From: an uncultured delta proteobacterium
GTDB lineage: Bacteria > Myxococcota > Myxococcia > Myxococcales > Myxococcaceae
Direction of reading: 5' to 3'
Assembly: GCA_963796055.1 (NCBI GenBank)
Contig: CAWCKH010000004.1
Location: forward strand, 2,016,001 to 2,080,000
Length of the DNA: 64,000 bases
How positions within the stretch are numbered: the first letter of the stretch is position 1; every line of letters starts with the position of its first letter. Below are positions 30,761 through 41,114 of this stretch, in pieces. The position numbers were made by a program, and so were the translations under genes. The notes beneath the pieces are model-generated. The model saw nothing but the letters and a program-made list of their open reading frames with translations, was not told the DNA's origin and did not search any database.

Positions 30761-31875
30761 CCGGGCAGCCCGCCACGCTCGTCGAGCACACCGCCCGCTT
30801 CTGCCGCCGTCTCCGGGCGGAGGGTCTCCGGCTCGGACCGGGGGACACGCTGGACGCGACCCGCGCGCTGGACTCGGTGGACCTCGTCGATCGGGAGGAC
30901 GTCCGGCTGGCGCTGCGCACCGCGCTGGTCAAGCGCGTCGAGGACCTCCCGGTCTTCGAGGAGCTGTTCGACACCTTCTGGGGTGGTGGTGCTCCGGCTC
31001 GAAATCCCCGGGTCATCCCGCCCGACGCCGAGGAGAACCGTCCGTCCCTCGGCAGTTCCTCGAAGCGCCGGCGCACTGGCGAGTCCATCGAGGAGATGGA
31101 GGAGCTCGCGGTGCCGGCCCCCAGCCGACGCGAGGCGCTCGGCCGACAGGACTTCGCCACTTTCGGCGACGAGGAGCTCCGGGCGGTGACCGCGCTCGCC
31201 CGGCGCATCGCCCGGCGGCTGAGCGCGCGCCCCGGACGGCGCTGGCGGCAGGCCCGGCGCGGGGAGCAGGTCTCGCTTCGCCGCACACTCCGCGAGGCGA
31301 TGAAGACCGGCGGCGAGCTCTCCACCCTGACCTACCGCGAGCGGAAGCTCCGCCGGACCCGCCTGGTCATCCTCGCCGACGTCTCGGGGTCGATGGACGT
31401 CTATGCGCGGCTGTTGCTGCAGTTCCTCTACGCCCTGCAGAATGCGTTCGCCCGCGTGGAGACCTTCGTCTTCGCCACCCGGCTGAGCCGGGTCACCGAC
31501 CAGCTGCGGGCCCCAGGCTACCGGGATGCGCTGGGGAGCCTGTCGGAGCGGGTGCAGGACTGGAGCGGTGGCACGCGCATCGGCGAGTCTCTCTCCGCCT
31601 TCCTCGCCGGCTGGCCGCGGCTGGTGGATCGCAGGACGGTGGTGGTGGTGCTCAGCGACGGCTGGGAGACGGGTGACCCGGAAGTACTGGGCGAGGTGCT
31701 GACCGCGCTCCGTCGTCGGGCCGGTCGACTGGTCTGGTTGAACCCGCTCCTCGGCAGTCCCGGCTACGAGCCGCTGACCAGGGGGATGCAGGCCGCGCTC
31801 CCGCATCTGGACGTGTTCGCGCCGGCGAACGACCTCGCCAGCCTCGAGCAGCTGGCGAGGCACCTCAGTCTCTAA
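30757..31875 (+). CDS. coxE: VWA-domain CoxE-like protein
   Basis: MIDAS DVSGSM, WSGGTRIG, VLSDGW, WLNPL; coupled to coxD. Confidence 0.9.
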   Translation: MTGQPATLVEHTARFCRRLRAEGLRLGPGDTLDATRALDSVDLVDREDVRLALRTALVKRVEDLPVFEELFDTFWGGGAPARNPRVIPPDAEENRPSLGSSSKRRRTGESIEEMEELAVPAPSRREALGRQDFATFGDEELRAVTALARRIARRLSARPGRRWRQARRGEQVSLRRTLREAMKTGGELSTLTYRERKLRRTRLVILADVSGSMDVYARLLLQFLYALQNAFARVETFVFATRLSRVTDQLRAPGYRDALGSLSERVQDWSGGTRIGESLSAFLAGWPRLVDRRTVVVVLSDGWETGDPEVLGEVLTALRRRAGRLVWLNPLLGSPGYEPLTRGMQAALPHLDVFAPANDLASLEQLARHLSL

Positions 31876-31900
31876 GAGCGCCGGAGTCGTAGAGCCCGGA

Positions 31901-32037
31901 GAGGTGTCAAACACCTCTGTTGACACTCTTGGTCACATCTCTTTCGCCCGTCGTGCGTCTCAGGGCGCCAGACCAACGAGGCGTCCGCGATCCGAGGGCG
32001 GCCCGAGGTGTCGGCAGCCCGAGGTGTCAAACACCTC
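31901..32037. repeat. REP-like palindrome copies 5 (31901-31917) and 6 (32021-32037) with half-sites
   Basis: Both perfect GAGGTGT-CAA-ACACCTC, 120 bp apart, between convergent genes; copy 6 holds the stop of the Rsm22-like gene. Confidence 0.88.
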
Positions 32038-33169
32038 CGACGGGCTGACCCGCCGCGGCGACCTTCCGGACCGAGCTCCCCTCGACGAGCGCCAGCCCGT
32101 CGCCGCGCGGCTCGGTGCCCTCGACCGTCACCACGTCCCCACGCCGGAGCGAGAAGAACGCCTCGTTCGCCGGGGTCCGGTGCTTCTCCTGGAGCGCCAG
32201 GCCGAGCCGTCCCTCGGGACCGCAACCCATGTACCGCTGCCGGCCCTTTCCCTCGAGCGGCTCGGAGACGATGCGGAACACCCTTCCCGGCGGAGGCTCC
32301 GGCCAGGCCTCCCCCCTCGGTGCCAGCACGAGGTAGCTCATCTTGAGGGCCTCCTTGTGCAGCCCGGCTTCTCGGGCCAGCGCATCCAGGAGCGGCGGCG
32401 GCGACCAGGTCCGCTCGGCGTGACACCAGTCCGACGCCTTCACCAGCGCCGGACACGCTCCGCGCCACAGACAGGGGGCCCGCACCGCGAACCCGCGGGC
32501 CACCAGCAGGTCCCTGACGTGGAGAAGCTCGCGCGAGGTGTCCCGGAGGGCGGGCTCGAGGACGACCACCGAGCCCCCCGGCCGCAGCTGCGCCGCGGCG
32601 CGCTCGAGCAGCGCCGCGCGCTCGACGAGCGCCGAGGGCCCCCGCCCGAGCTCGTTCAGCACGTGCCCCAGGGTGATGGCATCGAACTGCCCCTCCGGCA
32701 GTGCCGCACCTCCGCTCCAGGCCCGCGTGGCCAGCGGCTCCTCTGCCTCCGCCGCCAGCGCCCGCGCGAGGGTCAGCGCCGGAGCGCTCCGGTCGGCCAC
32801 GGTGACCTCCGAGGCCCCGCCGTCGAGCGCCGCGAACGCCACCGGGCCCGGTCCGCTCCCCAGGTCCAGCACCGAGCGGGGTCGCCGTTGCAGCTCCCCG
32901 AGCACGGCCCGCGCCTGGGCGTAGCTCACCGGCCAGTAGAAGAGGAGGTAGGCCCCGAGCAGCCGTGGGTCGTCCAGGTACCGTGCCCCGACCAGCGCCC
33001 GGTCGCGCGTCAGCCCCGCCGAGAGCGCGCGGATTCCTTGCGCAACCTCCTTCGGCTCGCGCCCGACCAGCGTCGGCGGCCCCTCGGGCAGCCGGCGGTG
33101 ACGCCGCCACACCGCCACCAGCCGGGGCATCCAGCGGGCGAGGGCGCGATCGACGTCGAGGGTGGCCAC
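32027..33169 (-). CDS. Rsm22-like SAM-dependent methyltransferase
   Basis: AYLLFYWP, VLDLGSGPG, VVVLEPA, APCLWRGACP..DWCH, MSYLVL. Confidence 0.82.
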   Translation of the reverse strand: MATLDVDRALARWMPRLVAVWRRHRRLPEGPPTLVGREPKEVAQGIRALSAGLTRDRALVGARYLDDPRLLGAYLLFYWPVSYAQARAVLGELQRRPRSVLDLGSGPGPVAFAALDGGASEVTVADRSAPALTLARALAAEAEEPLATRAWSGGAALPEGQFDAITLGHVLNELGRGPSALVERAALLERAAAQLRPGGSVVVLEPALRDTSRELLHVRDLLVARGFAVRAPCLWRGACPALVKASDWCHAERTWSPPPLLDALAREAGLHKEALKMSYLVLAPRGEAWPEPPPGRVFRIVSEPLEGKGRQRYMGCGPEGRLGLALQEKHRTPANEAFFSLRRGDVVTVEGTEPRGDGLALVEGSSVRKVAAAGQPVGGV

Positions 33170-33208
33170 GGCGTGCTCTCCACTAGCACCGGTCCCCCCG
33201 GCGCGCCT

Positions 33209-33646
33209 TCAGCCTGGTCGCCGTGGACCTCGGAGGAAGGAGTCCAGATTGCTCGCCATTCGCTCGAGCACCGAGACGGTCGTCCGGTAGTCCTCCTCGC
33301 TCACCCCCTGGGCGATGTGGCGCCGCTGCTCGGCCACCGTCGTCTCGAGCCGCCGGTGCGCTTCCCGCCCCGCCGCGGTGCGCTGCACCCGGGCGCCGGA
33401 CAGTGACTCGACCCAGCCGCGCTCCACGAGGTCGGTGAGCGCGGCCCGGACCCCATCGGCATCCGTGGCCGCGAAGGGCGCCACCGCCGACTCCAGCCCG
33501 GCCTCGCTCGCTGGACCCGCCTCGAGCACGTTCAGGAGCTGCCAGTGACGGCGGCTGCAGTGCTCCGAAGCGAGTGCCTGCGCGAAGGACTGCTCCAGCA
33601 GCCGGTCCAGCTCCTTCAGCCAGTACCCGATGGGCCGTGTCGCCAT
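33209..33646 (-). CDS. MarR family winged-helix regulator
   Basis: RPIGYWLK, RRHWQLLNVL, LVERGWV, TAAGR. Confidence 0.82.
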   Translation of the reverse strand: MATRPIGYWLKELDRLLEQSFAQALASEHCSRRHWQLLNVLEAGPASEAGLESAVAPFAATDADGVRAALTDLVERGWVESLSGARVQRTAAGREAHRRLETTVAEQRRHIAQGVSEEDYRTTVSVLERMASNLDSFLRGPRRPG

Positions 33647-33770
33647 CGGGTGGGCGTAGACGATGCCCGTCGGGGCATCAAGCCCGAGCGCCAGCCGCAT
33701 CGCGCCCTCGGTGGCGCTAGGCTCGTCGTTCGTGCGCCTCAGGCCTGGAACCCGGGTGGGCGCGCTGAAC

Positions 33771-34931
33771 TCAGCTCGCCTGCGAGCGCGACGCCCCGCT
33801 GGCCTCCCGCGTGAACTCGCGCACCTCCTCGGCGCGCGCCCGCGTGTCCTCGTACCCCAGCGTCACCAACCGCTCGATGTACTCCTGCTCGAACGCCAGA
33901 TAGCTCAGGAGATCTGCGCCACCCTTCTGGCTGACCCCGAGCCCCTTGAGCAGGAACCGGAGCGTCCGCGGGAAGCGCATCACCTGGTCCGCGGCGAGCA
34001 TCGCCAGGTCCTGGCTGGGCTGGAGCAGGAGGATGCGCACCGGCCGCAGGTGGGAGTCGGCGGGCCGCTGGATGGTGTCCAGCATCTCGGTGACCCGCTC
34101 CACCCGCTCGATGTCCGGCTCGAGCGAGTCGAGGAACACGGCGTTCATCAGCACGCCGAGGACCTGCGAGAGAGGAAGGTCATCCCGCTGAGCCGCCGCC
34201 TCGTTCAGCACCGCGGTCTCCTCCGCCGTGCGCGGGTGGCGGATGCCGATCGCCAGCACCCGGTCCGCGCCCAGGTGCAGCGCCGGGCTCATCGGCGCGG
34301 CCAGCCGCACGCCGCCGTCGCCGTACCAGGAGCGCCCCACCTGTACCGGGGGAAAGAAGATGGGGATCGCGGCCGAGGCCATCACCTGGTCGAGGGTGAT
34401 CTCGGTCTTCACCCCCATGCGCCGGCTCCGTGCCCACGGCTGCAGCTCGGGCCCCCCGTCGAAGAACGTCACCGAGGTTCCGGTCTCGTAGTTGGTGGCC
34501 GAGATCGCCAGGCCGCGGAGCAGCCCGCGGCGGACGTTCTCGCGGATCCGCTCGAACTTGATCTCCCGTCCGAGGAGCTCGCGCAGCGGCGCGGTGTCGA
34601 GGAGGTGGTTGTAGCGCCGCGGGGGCTGGGTCCCGCCCGCGGTCAGGCCACGGAACCAGCCCGAGCCGATGGAGACCAGGCTCAGCGCATCCGTCCGGTA
34701 AACGTGCTCCGGCGTCAGGGCGAGCCAGGTGTCCGCCAGGTGCTTGACCGCCTCCTGGAAATCGTCCGCCTCGGCAGCGAGCGAGGAGCCGTTGATCGCT
34801 CCCGCCGAGACCCCGCAGACCACCTGGAAGGGCAGCGGCCCCTTGGCGAACAGCTCCGCCAGCGCCCTGAGAGCGCCGACCTGATACGCGGCGCGCGCTC
34901 CGCCGCCAGTGAGCACGAGGCCGAGGTTCAC
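33771..34931 (-). CDS. patatin-like phospholipase
   Basis: LTGGGARAAYQVG, GVSAGA (GxSxG), ASAAIP, DGG. Confidence 0.92.
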   Translation of the reverse strand: MNLGLVLTGGGARAAYQVGALRALAELFAKGPLPFQVVCGVSAGAINGSSLAAEADDFQEAVKHLADTWLALTPEHVYRTDALSLVSIGSGWFRGLTAGGTQPPRRYNHLLDTAPLRELLGREIKFERIRENVRRGLLRGLAISATNYETGTSVTFFDGGPELQPWARSRRMGVKTEITLDQVMASAAIPIFFPPVQVGRSWYGDGGVRLAAPMSPALHLGADRVLAIGIRHPRTAEETAVLNEAAAQRDDLPLSQVLGVLMNAVFLDSLEPDIERVERVTEMLDTIQRPADSHLRPVRILLLQPSQDLAMLAADQVMRFPRTLRFLLKGLGVSQKGGADLLSYLAFEQEYIERLVTLGYEDTRARAEEVREFTREASGASRSQAS

Positions 34932-34973
34932 CGCTGCGGTCCGGAGCGTAGCACGCTAGGAGAGGAGACCTTG

Positions 34974-35987
34974 ATGGCTCAGACCATGGTGTCGGTGCAG
35001 GCTCTGCGGAAGCACTACACCGTCCACAAGCGTCCGCCGGGACTGAAGGCCGCCCTGGGCTCGCTGTTCCGGCGCATCCCCACCGTCGTGAAGGCGGTGG
35101 ACGGCATCTCCTTCGAGATCGCCCGGGGCGAGCGGGTGGGCTTCCTCGGCCCGAACGGCGCGGGGAAGACGACTACCCTCAAGGTCCTCGCGGGTCTGCT
35201 CCACCCCTCCTCGGGCGAGGTCCGGGTCGACGGACACGTGCCGCAGCGCCGGGAGGACGCGTTTCTCAAGAAGATCACCCTGGTGATGGGTCAGAAGCAG
35301 CAGCTGCTCTGGGACCTGCCCCCCTCGGAGACCTTCGCCCTCAACCGCGCCATCTACGAGGTGCCCGAGCCAGAGTTCCGCGACACCCTGGCCCAGCTGA
35401 CCGAGCTGCTCGAGCTGGGCGACCTGGTCAACAAGCCCACGCGCACGCTCTCCCTGGGCGAGCGGATGAAGTGCGAGCTCGCGGCCTCACTCATCCACCG
35501 CCCCCAGGTCTTGTTCCTCGATGAGCCCACCATCGGCCTCGACGTCTCGATGCAGGTGGTCATCCGCGACTTCATCAAGGAGTACAACGAGCGCACCGGG
35601 GCCACGCTCATCCTCACCAGCCACTACATGGACGACGTGGCCGCGCTCTGCCCTCGGGTGGTGGTCATCGACAAGGGGGTGCTCAGCTACGACGGCGCCC
35701 TCGACGAGCTGGTGCGCCGGATCCGGCCCGAGAAGCGCCTGGTCCTCCGGCTCGACGCGCCGGTCGATCGCGCCGCGCTCGACGCTGTGGGGCGTGTGGT
35801 GGCGAGCGATGCCGCGGGGGTGACCTTCCAGGTCCCGCAGGACGCGGTGAACGCCGCCGTCTCGCGTGCCCTGGCCACGCTCCCGGTCCATGACCTCACG
35901 GTGGAGAACGCCCCGCTCGAGGAGGTCATGAGCGAGCTCTTCGCCCAGAGCCGGGCAGCCCGCGGCGCGGTGGAGGACGCGGCATGA
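34974..35987 (+). CDS. ABC transporter ATP-binding protein
   Basis: GPNGAGKTT, LSLGERMK, FLDEPT, SHYM; RBS GAGGAG. Confidence 0.93.
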   Translation: MAQTMVSVQALRKHYTVHKRPPGLKAALGSLFRRIPTVVKAVDGISFEIARGERVGFLGPNGAGKTTTLKVLAGLLHPSSGEVRVDGHVPQRREDAFLKKITLVMGQKQQLLWDLPPSETFALNRAIYEVPEPEFRDTLAQLTELLELGDLVNKPTRTLSLGERMKCELAASLIHRPQVLFLDEPTIGLDVSMQVVIRDFIKEYNERTGATLILTSHYMDDVAALCPRVVVIDKGVLSYDGALDELVRRIRPEKRLVLRLDAPVDRAALDAVGRVVASDAAGVTFQVPQDAVNAAVSRALATLPVHDLTVENAPLEEVMSELFAQSRAARGAVEDAA

Positions 35988-36787
35988 GCCTCCGGAGCAC
36001 CGTGCGGGCGCTGCCCACGCTCTTCCGGGTCGGCTTCGCGGAGATGGTGGCCTACCGGGCCGAGATGCTGGTCTGGGTGCTCGCCACCACCATGCCGCTG
36101 ATCATGCTCGCGCTCTGGTCGGCGGTGGCACACGACGCGCCGGTGGGCCGCTTCGATCAGGCGGATTTCGTGGCCTACTTCCTCGCCACCTTCATCGTCC
36201 GGCAGCTCACCGGCGCGTGGGTGGCGTGGCAGCTGAGCTTCGAGGTGCGCACCGGGACCCTGGGCATGCGGCTGCTCCGGCCGCTGCACCCCATGGTGTC
36301 CTACGCGGTGGAGAACCTCGCCGCCATCCCGCTCCGGATGGTGGTGGCGCTCCCGGTGGCGGTGCTCGCGCTGGTGCTCACCGGCACCAGCCGGCTGCCG
36401 CGCGACCCGCTGCTCTGGGGCGTCTTCCTGCTCTCGCTGATCGGGGGCTGGCTCATCACCTTCCTCGCCAATGCGGCCATCGGCACCCTCGCGCTCTGGA
36501 CCGGAAGCAGCGTGAAGGTGATGGACGTCTGGCTCGCGCTCTTCATGGTGTTCAGCGGCTACCTCATCCCGGTGGAGCTATTCCCGCCGGCCATCCGGGG
36601 CGCCGTCGAGGTGCTCCCCTTCCGCTACCAGATCGGTTTCCCGGTGGAGCTGCTCACCCGGGGGCTGGACCGCGGCGCGGCGCTGCGCCTGCTCCTCGGG
36701 CAGTGGATCTGGGTGGGCCTGTTCCTGCTCGGGGTGCGCGCACTGTGGCGGAGGGGCCTGCAGCGGTTCGCGGCCTACGGCGGATGA
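35984..36787 (+). CDS. ABC-2 family permease
   Basis: ~6 TM helices; VRTGTLGMRLLRP; coupled to ATPase. Confidence 0.88.
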   Translation: MSLRSTVRALPTLFRVGFAEMVAYRAEMLVWVLATTMPLIMLALWSAVAHDAPVGRFDQADFVAYFLATFIVRQLTGAWVAWQLSFEVRTGTLGMRLLRPLHPMVSYAVENLAAIPLRMVVALPVAVLALVLTGTSRLPRDPLLWGVFLLSLIGGWLITFLANAAIGTLALWTGSSVKVMDVWLALFMVFSGYLIPVELFPPAIRGAVEVLPFRYQIGFPVELLTRGLDRGAALRLLLGQWIWVGLFLLGVRALWRRGLQRFAAYGG

Positions 36788-37581
36788 CGGAGGTCGCGCG
36801 CTACTGGCGGTTGTTCCGGGTGCAGGTCCGGAGCTCGGTCCTGCTGGGACTCCAGTACCGGGCGGACTTCGTGCTCGACGGCGTGGTGTCGCTGTTCTGG
36901 ACCCTCACCGCGCTGGTCCCGCTGTTCACCGTCTTTCACCTCCGCCAGAGCGTGGCCGGCTGGACCTTCGAGGAGGCGCTGCTGGTCACCGGCTGGTTCA
37001 CCCTGCTCGAGGCCATCCTCGAGGGCGCCATCAACCCCAGTCTCACCGCGGTGGTGGAGCACATCCGCAAGGGCACCCTGGACTTCGTCCTCCTCAAGCC
37101 CGCCGATGCCCAGTTCCTGGTCTCCACCGCCCGGTTCGAGCCCTGGCGGAGCACCAACGTCGTCACCGCCCTGGTGCTGTGGACCGTGTCCTTCGTGCGG
37201 ATGGGGCGGCTGCCCTCGGCGTCGGGCTCGCTTGCCGCGGTGCTCCTCCTGATCGTCGCGACCTCGCTGCTCTACTCGCTGTGGATCCTCACCGTGAGTG
37301 CGGCGTTCTACGTGGTGAAGATCGACAACCTCACCAACCTCTTCAACTCCATCTTCGACGCCGCCCGCTGGCCGGTGCAGGTCTTCCGAGGGGTGATGCG
37401 CTGGGTGTTCACCTTCATCGTGCCGCTGGCGCTGATGACCACCTTCCCGGCGCAGGCCATGCTGGGTCGGCTTCCACTCCCCTCCCTGGCCTGGTCCGTG
37501 GTGGGGGCGGGTGCGTTCGGATGGCTCTCCCGGCGGGTGTGGCTCTCCAGCATCGCCCGGTACACCTCGGCGAGCAGCTAA
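36784..37581 (+). CDS. ABC-2 family permease
   Basis: LQYRADF, IRKGTLDFVLLKP, multiple TM helices. Confidence 0.88.
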   Translation: MTEVARYWRLFRVQVRSSVLLGLQYRADFVLDGVVSLFWTLTALVPLFTVFHLRQSVAGWTFEEALLVTGWFTLLEAILEGAINPSLTAVVEHIRKGTLDFVLLKPADAQFLVSTARFEPWRSTNVVTALVLWTVSFVRMGRLPSASGSLAAVLLLIVATSLLYSLWILTVSAAFYVVKIDNLTNLFNSIFDAARWPVQVFRGVMRWVFTFIVPLALMTTFPAQAMLGRLPLPSLAWSVVGAGAFGWLSRRVWLSSIARYTSASS

Positions 37582-37685
37582 GTTAGCCCGCAACTCACCC
37601 CTGCTCCCCTGGGTTCGAGGGGCACGCGATGGAACCGGCCCCAGGGCCGGGGCGCGTGTCACTCGATGGTTCGAAAGAGGGAGTC

Positions 37686-38873
37686 ATGAAGCTCGCACCT
37701 CAGTCGTTTCTCGTGGCCGGCCTGTTCCTGGCGGCCGCGTGTGGCAGCAGCAATGGGACGGACGAGTATCAGGCGGCGGTTCCCACCTTTTCCGGCGTCT
37801 CCGCAGAGGTCTCGGGTGCGTCGTCCGAGGGCGCCAGCCTCACCGTCTCCAGCGGAGCCGAGGCAGCGGTGATCGCCCCCGCGCCGGGCGCGGAGCTCCA
37901 GGCGAGCACCACGCCCGACTGGCTTCCGAAGATCCGCGACGCCATCCAGAGCCTGAACCAGGGCCTCAAGGACGCCTTTGGTCCGGTGGAGCAGCTGGTC
38001 CTCACCAACGGTCCGTCGCAGGTCCGCGGTCAGGTCTACATCTACGGTCCGTTCGACCAGGGTGGGTACAGCTACCTGCTCTCGGTGGTCCGCGTCGCCG
38101 GCAACCACTACGGCTGGAAACTTCAGGTCAAGAAGACCGGTGACGCGGACACGGCCTTCGTCGCCTTCGCCGCGGGCACCACCTTCAAGGTCCCGAGCGA
38201 TCAGGTGCACCGCGGCCGCGGCACCATCGGGATCGATCTCGACGCCTACAAGACCGTGGTCACCACCTTCCCCGGCCAGGGCAAGCTGTTCGTCGCCTTC
38301 AGTCACCATGGGTTCGGGCCGGCCGCCGCGGACGCGGGCGTCACCGGTCAGAGCAAGACCCTGATCTACGCCCTGAGGAACTTCTCGGCGGACACCAGCA
38401 AGTGGCAGCCCGTGGACGCGATCTTCTACGCCCACAAGAACGGACTCAGCGGCGTCACCAGCGTGCGCGTCGCCAGCTATGCCGACATCCCGCAGATCCC
38501 GAACGACACCCCGGCCAAGGAGCTGCTGTTCGGCCGGGCCCGGTACAATCCCGGGGTGGGCGGCCGCGCCGAGGTGGCCATCACCGGCGGCGACCTGAGC
38601 GGGAAGGTCTTCTTCGGCGTCGAGTGCTGGGACAGGGCCGAGGCCCTGTTCTTCAAGGCCACCGCCCTCTGCACGGCGGGTGAGGAGCCCGGGACCGGTG
38701 GCTGCGTCTGGACCAAGACCGGCGACGAGGCCGCCTGCGACGTGCTGCTGGCGACCGGGATGCGCGACCACGCGGACCCGTCGGACCAGGACGACCCGAA
38801 CCCGGATCCGGATGCCCCGGCGAACGACGTCCCGGGTGTGCCGGCCCAGATGCCCACCGGCGACGGCAACTGA
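37686..38873 (+). CDS. lipoprotein of unknown function
   Basis: Lipobox LAAAC; RBS GAGGGAG; Cys-containing C-terminal part and acidic Asp/Pro tail. Confidence 0.85.
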   Translation: MKLAPQSFLVAGLFLAAACGSSNGTDEYQAAVPTFSGVSAEVSGASSEGASLTVSSGAEAAVIAPAPGAELQASTTPDWLPKIRDAIQSLNQGLKDAFGPVEQLVLTNGPSQVRGQVYIYGPFDQGGYSYLLSVVRVAGNHYGWKLQVKKTGDADTAFVAFAAGTTFKVPSDQVHRGRGTIGIDLDAYKTVVTTFPGQGKLFVAFSHHGFGPAAADAGVTGQSKTLIYALRNFSADTSKWQPVDAIFYAHKNGLSGVTSVRVASYADIPQIPNDTPAKELLFGRARYNPGVGGRAEVAITGGDLSGKVFFGVECWDRAEALFFKATALCTAGEEPGTGGCVWTKTGDEAACDVLLATGMRDHADPSDQDDPNPDPDAPANDVPGVPAQMPTGDGN

Positions 38874-38920
38874 CGCCCTGAAGGACCCGGGGCGGCCGAG
38901 ACGCCGCTCCTGGGACTCCG

Positions 38921-39187
38921 GAGGCCCCGACCGCGCCCTCCCCCGGGCGGTCGGGGCCTCTGCTTGCGGCGGTGTTTGACACCTCCGTTGGTCTCCGGCG
39001 CGTCCCGGCTTCTGGACGCACCGTCGACGACGCCGGACTCGGGGAGTGACGACACGTTCCGGTCGAGGTGCACCAGGGGAGCGTCAGAGGTGTCTGACAC
39101 CTCGGAGGCCGTCGGAGGTGTCTGACACCCCCCGCGGACCCGGAGGCCCCGACCGTCTTTCTCTCCCCTCCAGGCGGTCGGGGCCTC
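38921..39187. repeat. composite palindrome cluster: two GAGGCCCCGACCG..CGGTCGGGGCCTC hairpins (38921-38960, 39143-39187) enclosing REP copies 7-9 (38969-38985, 39087-39103, 39115-39131)
   Basis: Read directly from sequence; copies 8 and 9 have CTG loops and a CGTC tag. Confidence 0.85.
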
Positions 39188-39250
39188 GTCTTTGGCGTGG
39201 ACCTCCAGTCGGCGGACCCGCTCCGGCCGTGTTAGAGGAGCCGGCCCGCC

Positions 39251-40900
<1,650 letters not shown>

Positions 40901-40966
40901 CTGCGGGGAGCGTGGGCACCGTTCGCACGAAACGCCAAGCCGCCCGACCGGTGCGACCCTTAGAGT

Positions 40967-41110
40967 TTCGAGGCGGTGATCGCGTCAGGCGGCACCGAGC
41001 GCTCCATGCGGGGCCGGCTCACCGAGGTGTTCGTGCGACGCGACGGCCGGTGGGTTCATCCCGGGTGGCACCTCGACCTCCCGGCCGCGACGCCGGCCGC
41101 GAAGCCATAG
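40967..41110 (+). pseudogene. C-terminal remnant of an NTF2-like (DUF4440/SnoaL) protein
   Basis: FEAVIASGGTERSMRGRLTEVFVRRDGRWVHPGWHLD..*; in-frame TAG at 40961, no start. Confidence 0.6.
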
Positions 41111-41114
41111 ATCC

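Noticed and set aside
38921..39187. Possible CRISPR array from clustered palindromes
   Set aside because: Repeats are 17 bp, irregularly spaced and dispersed over the window; no cas genes
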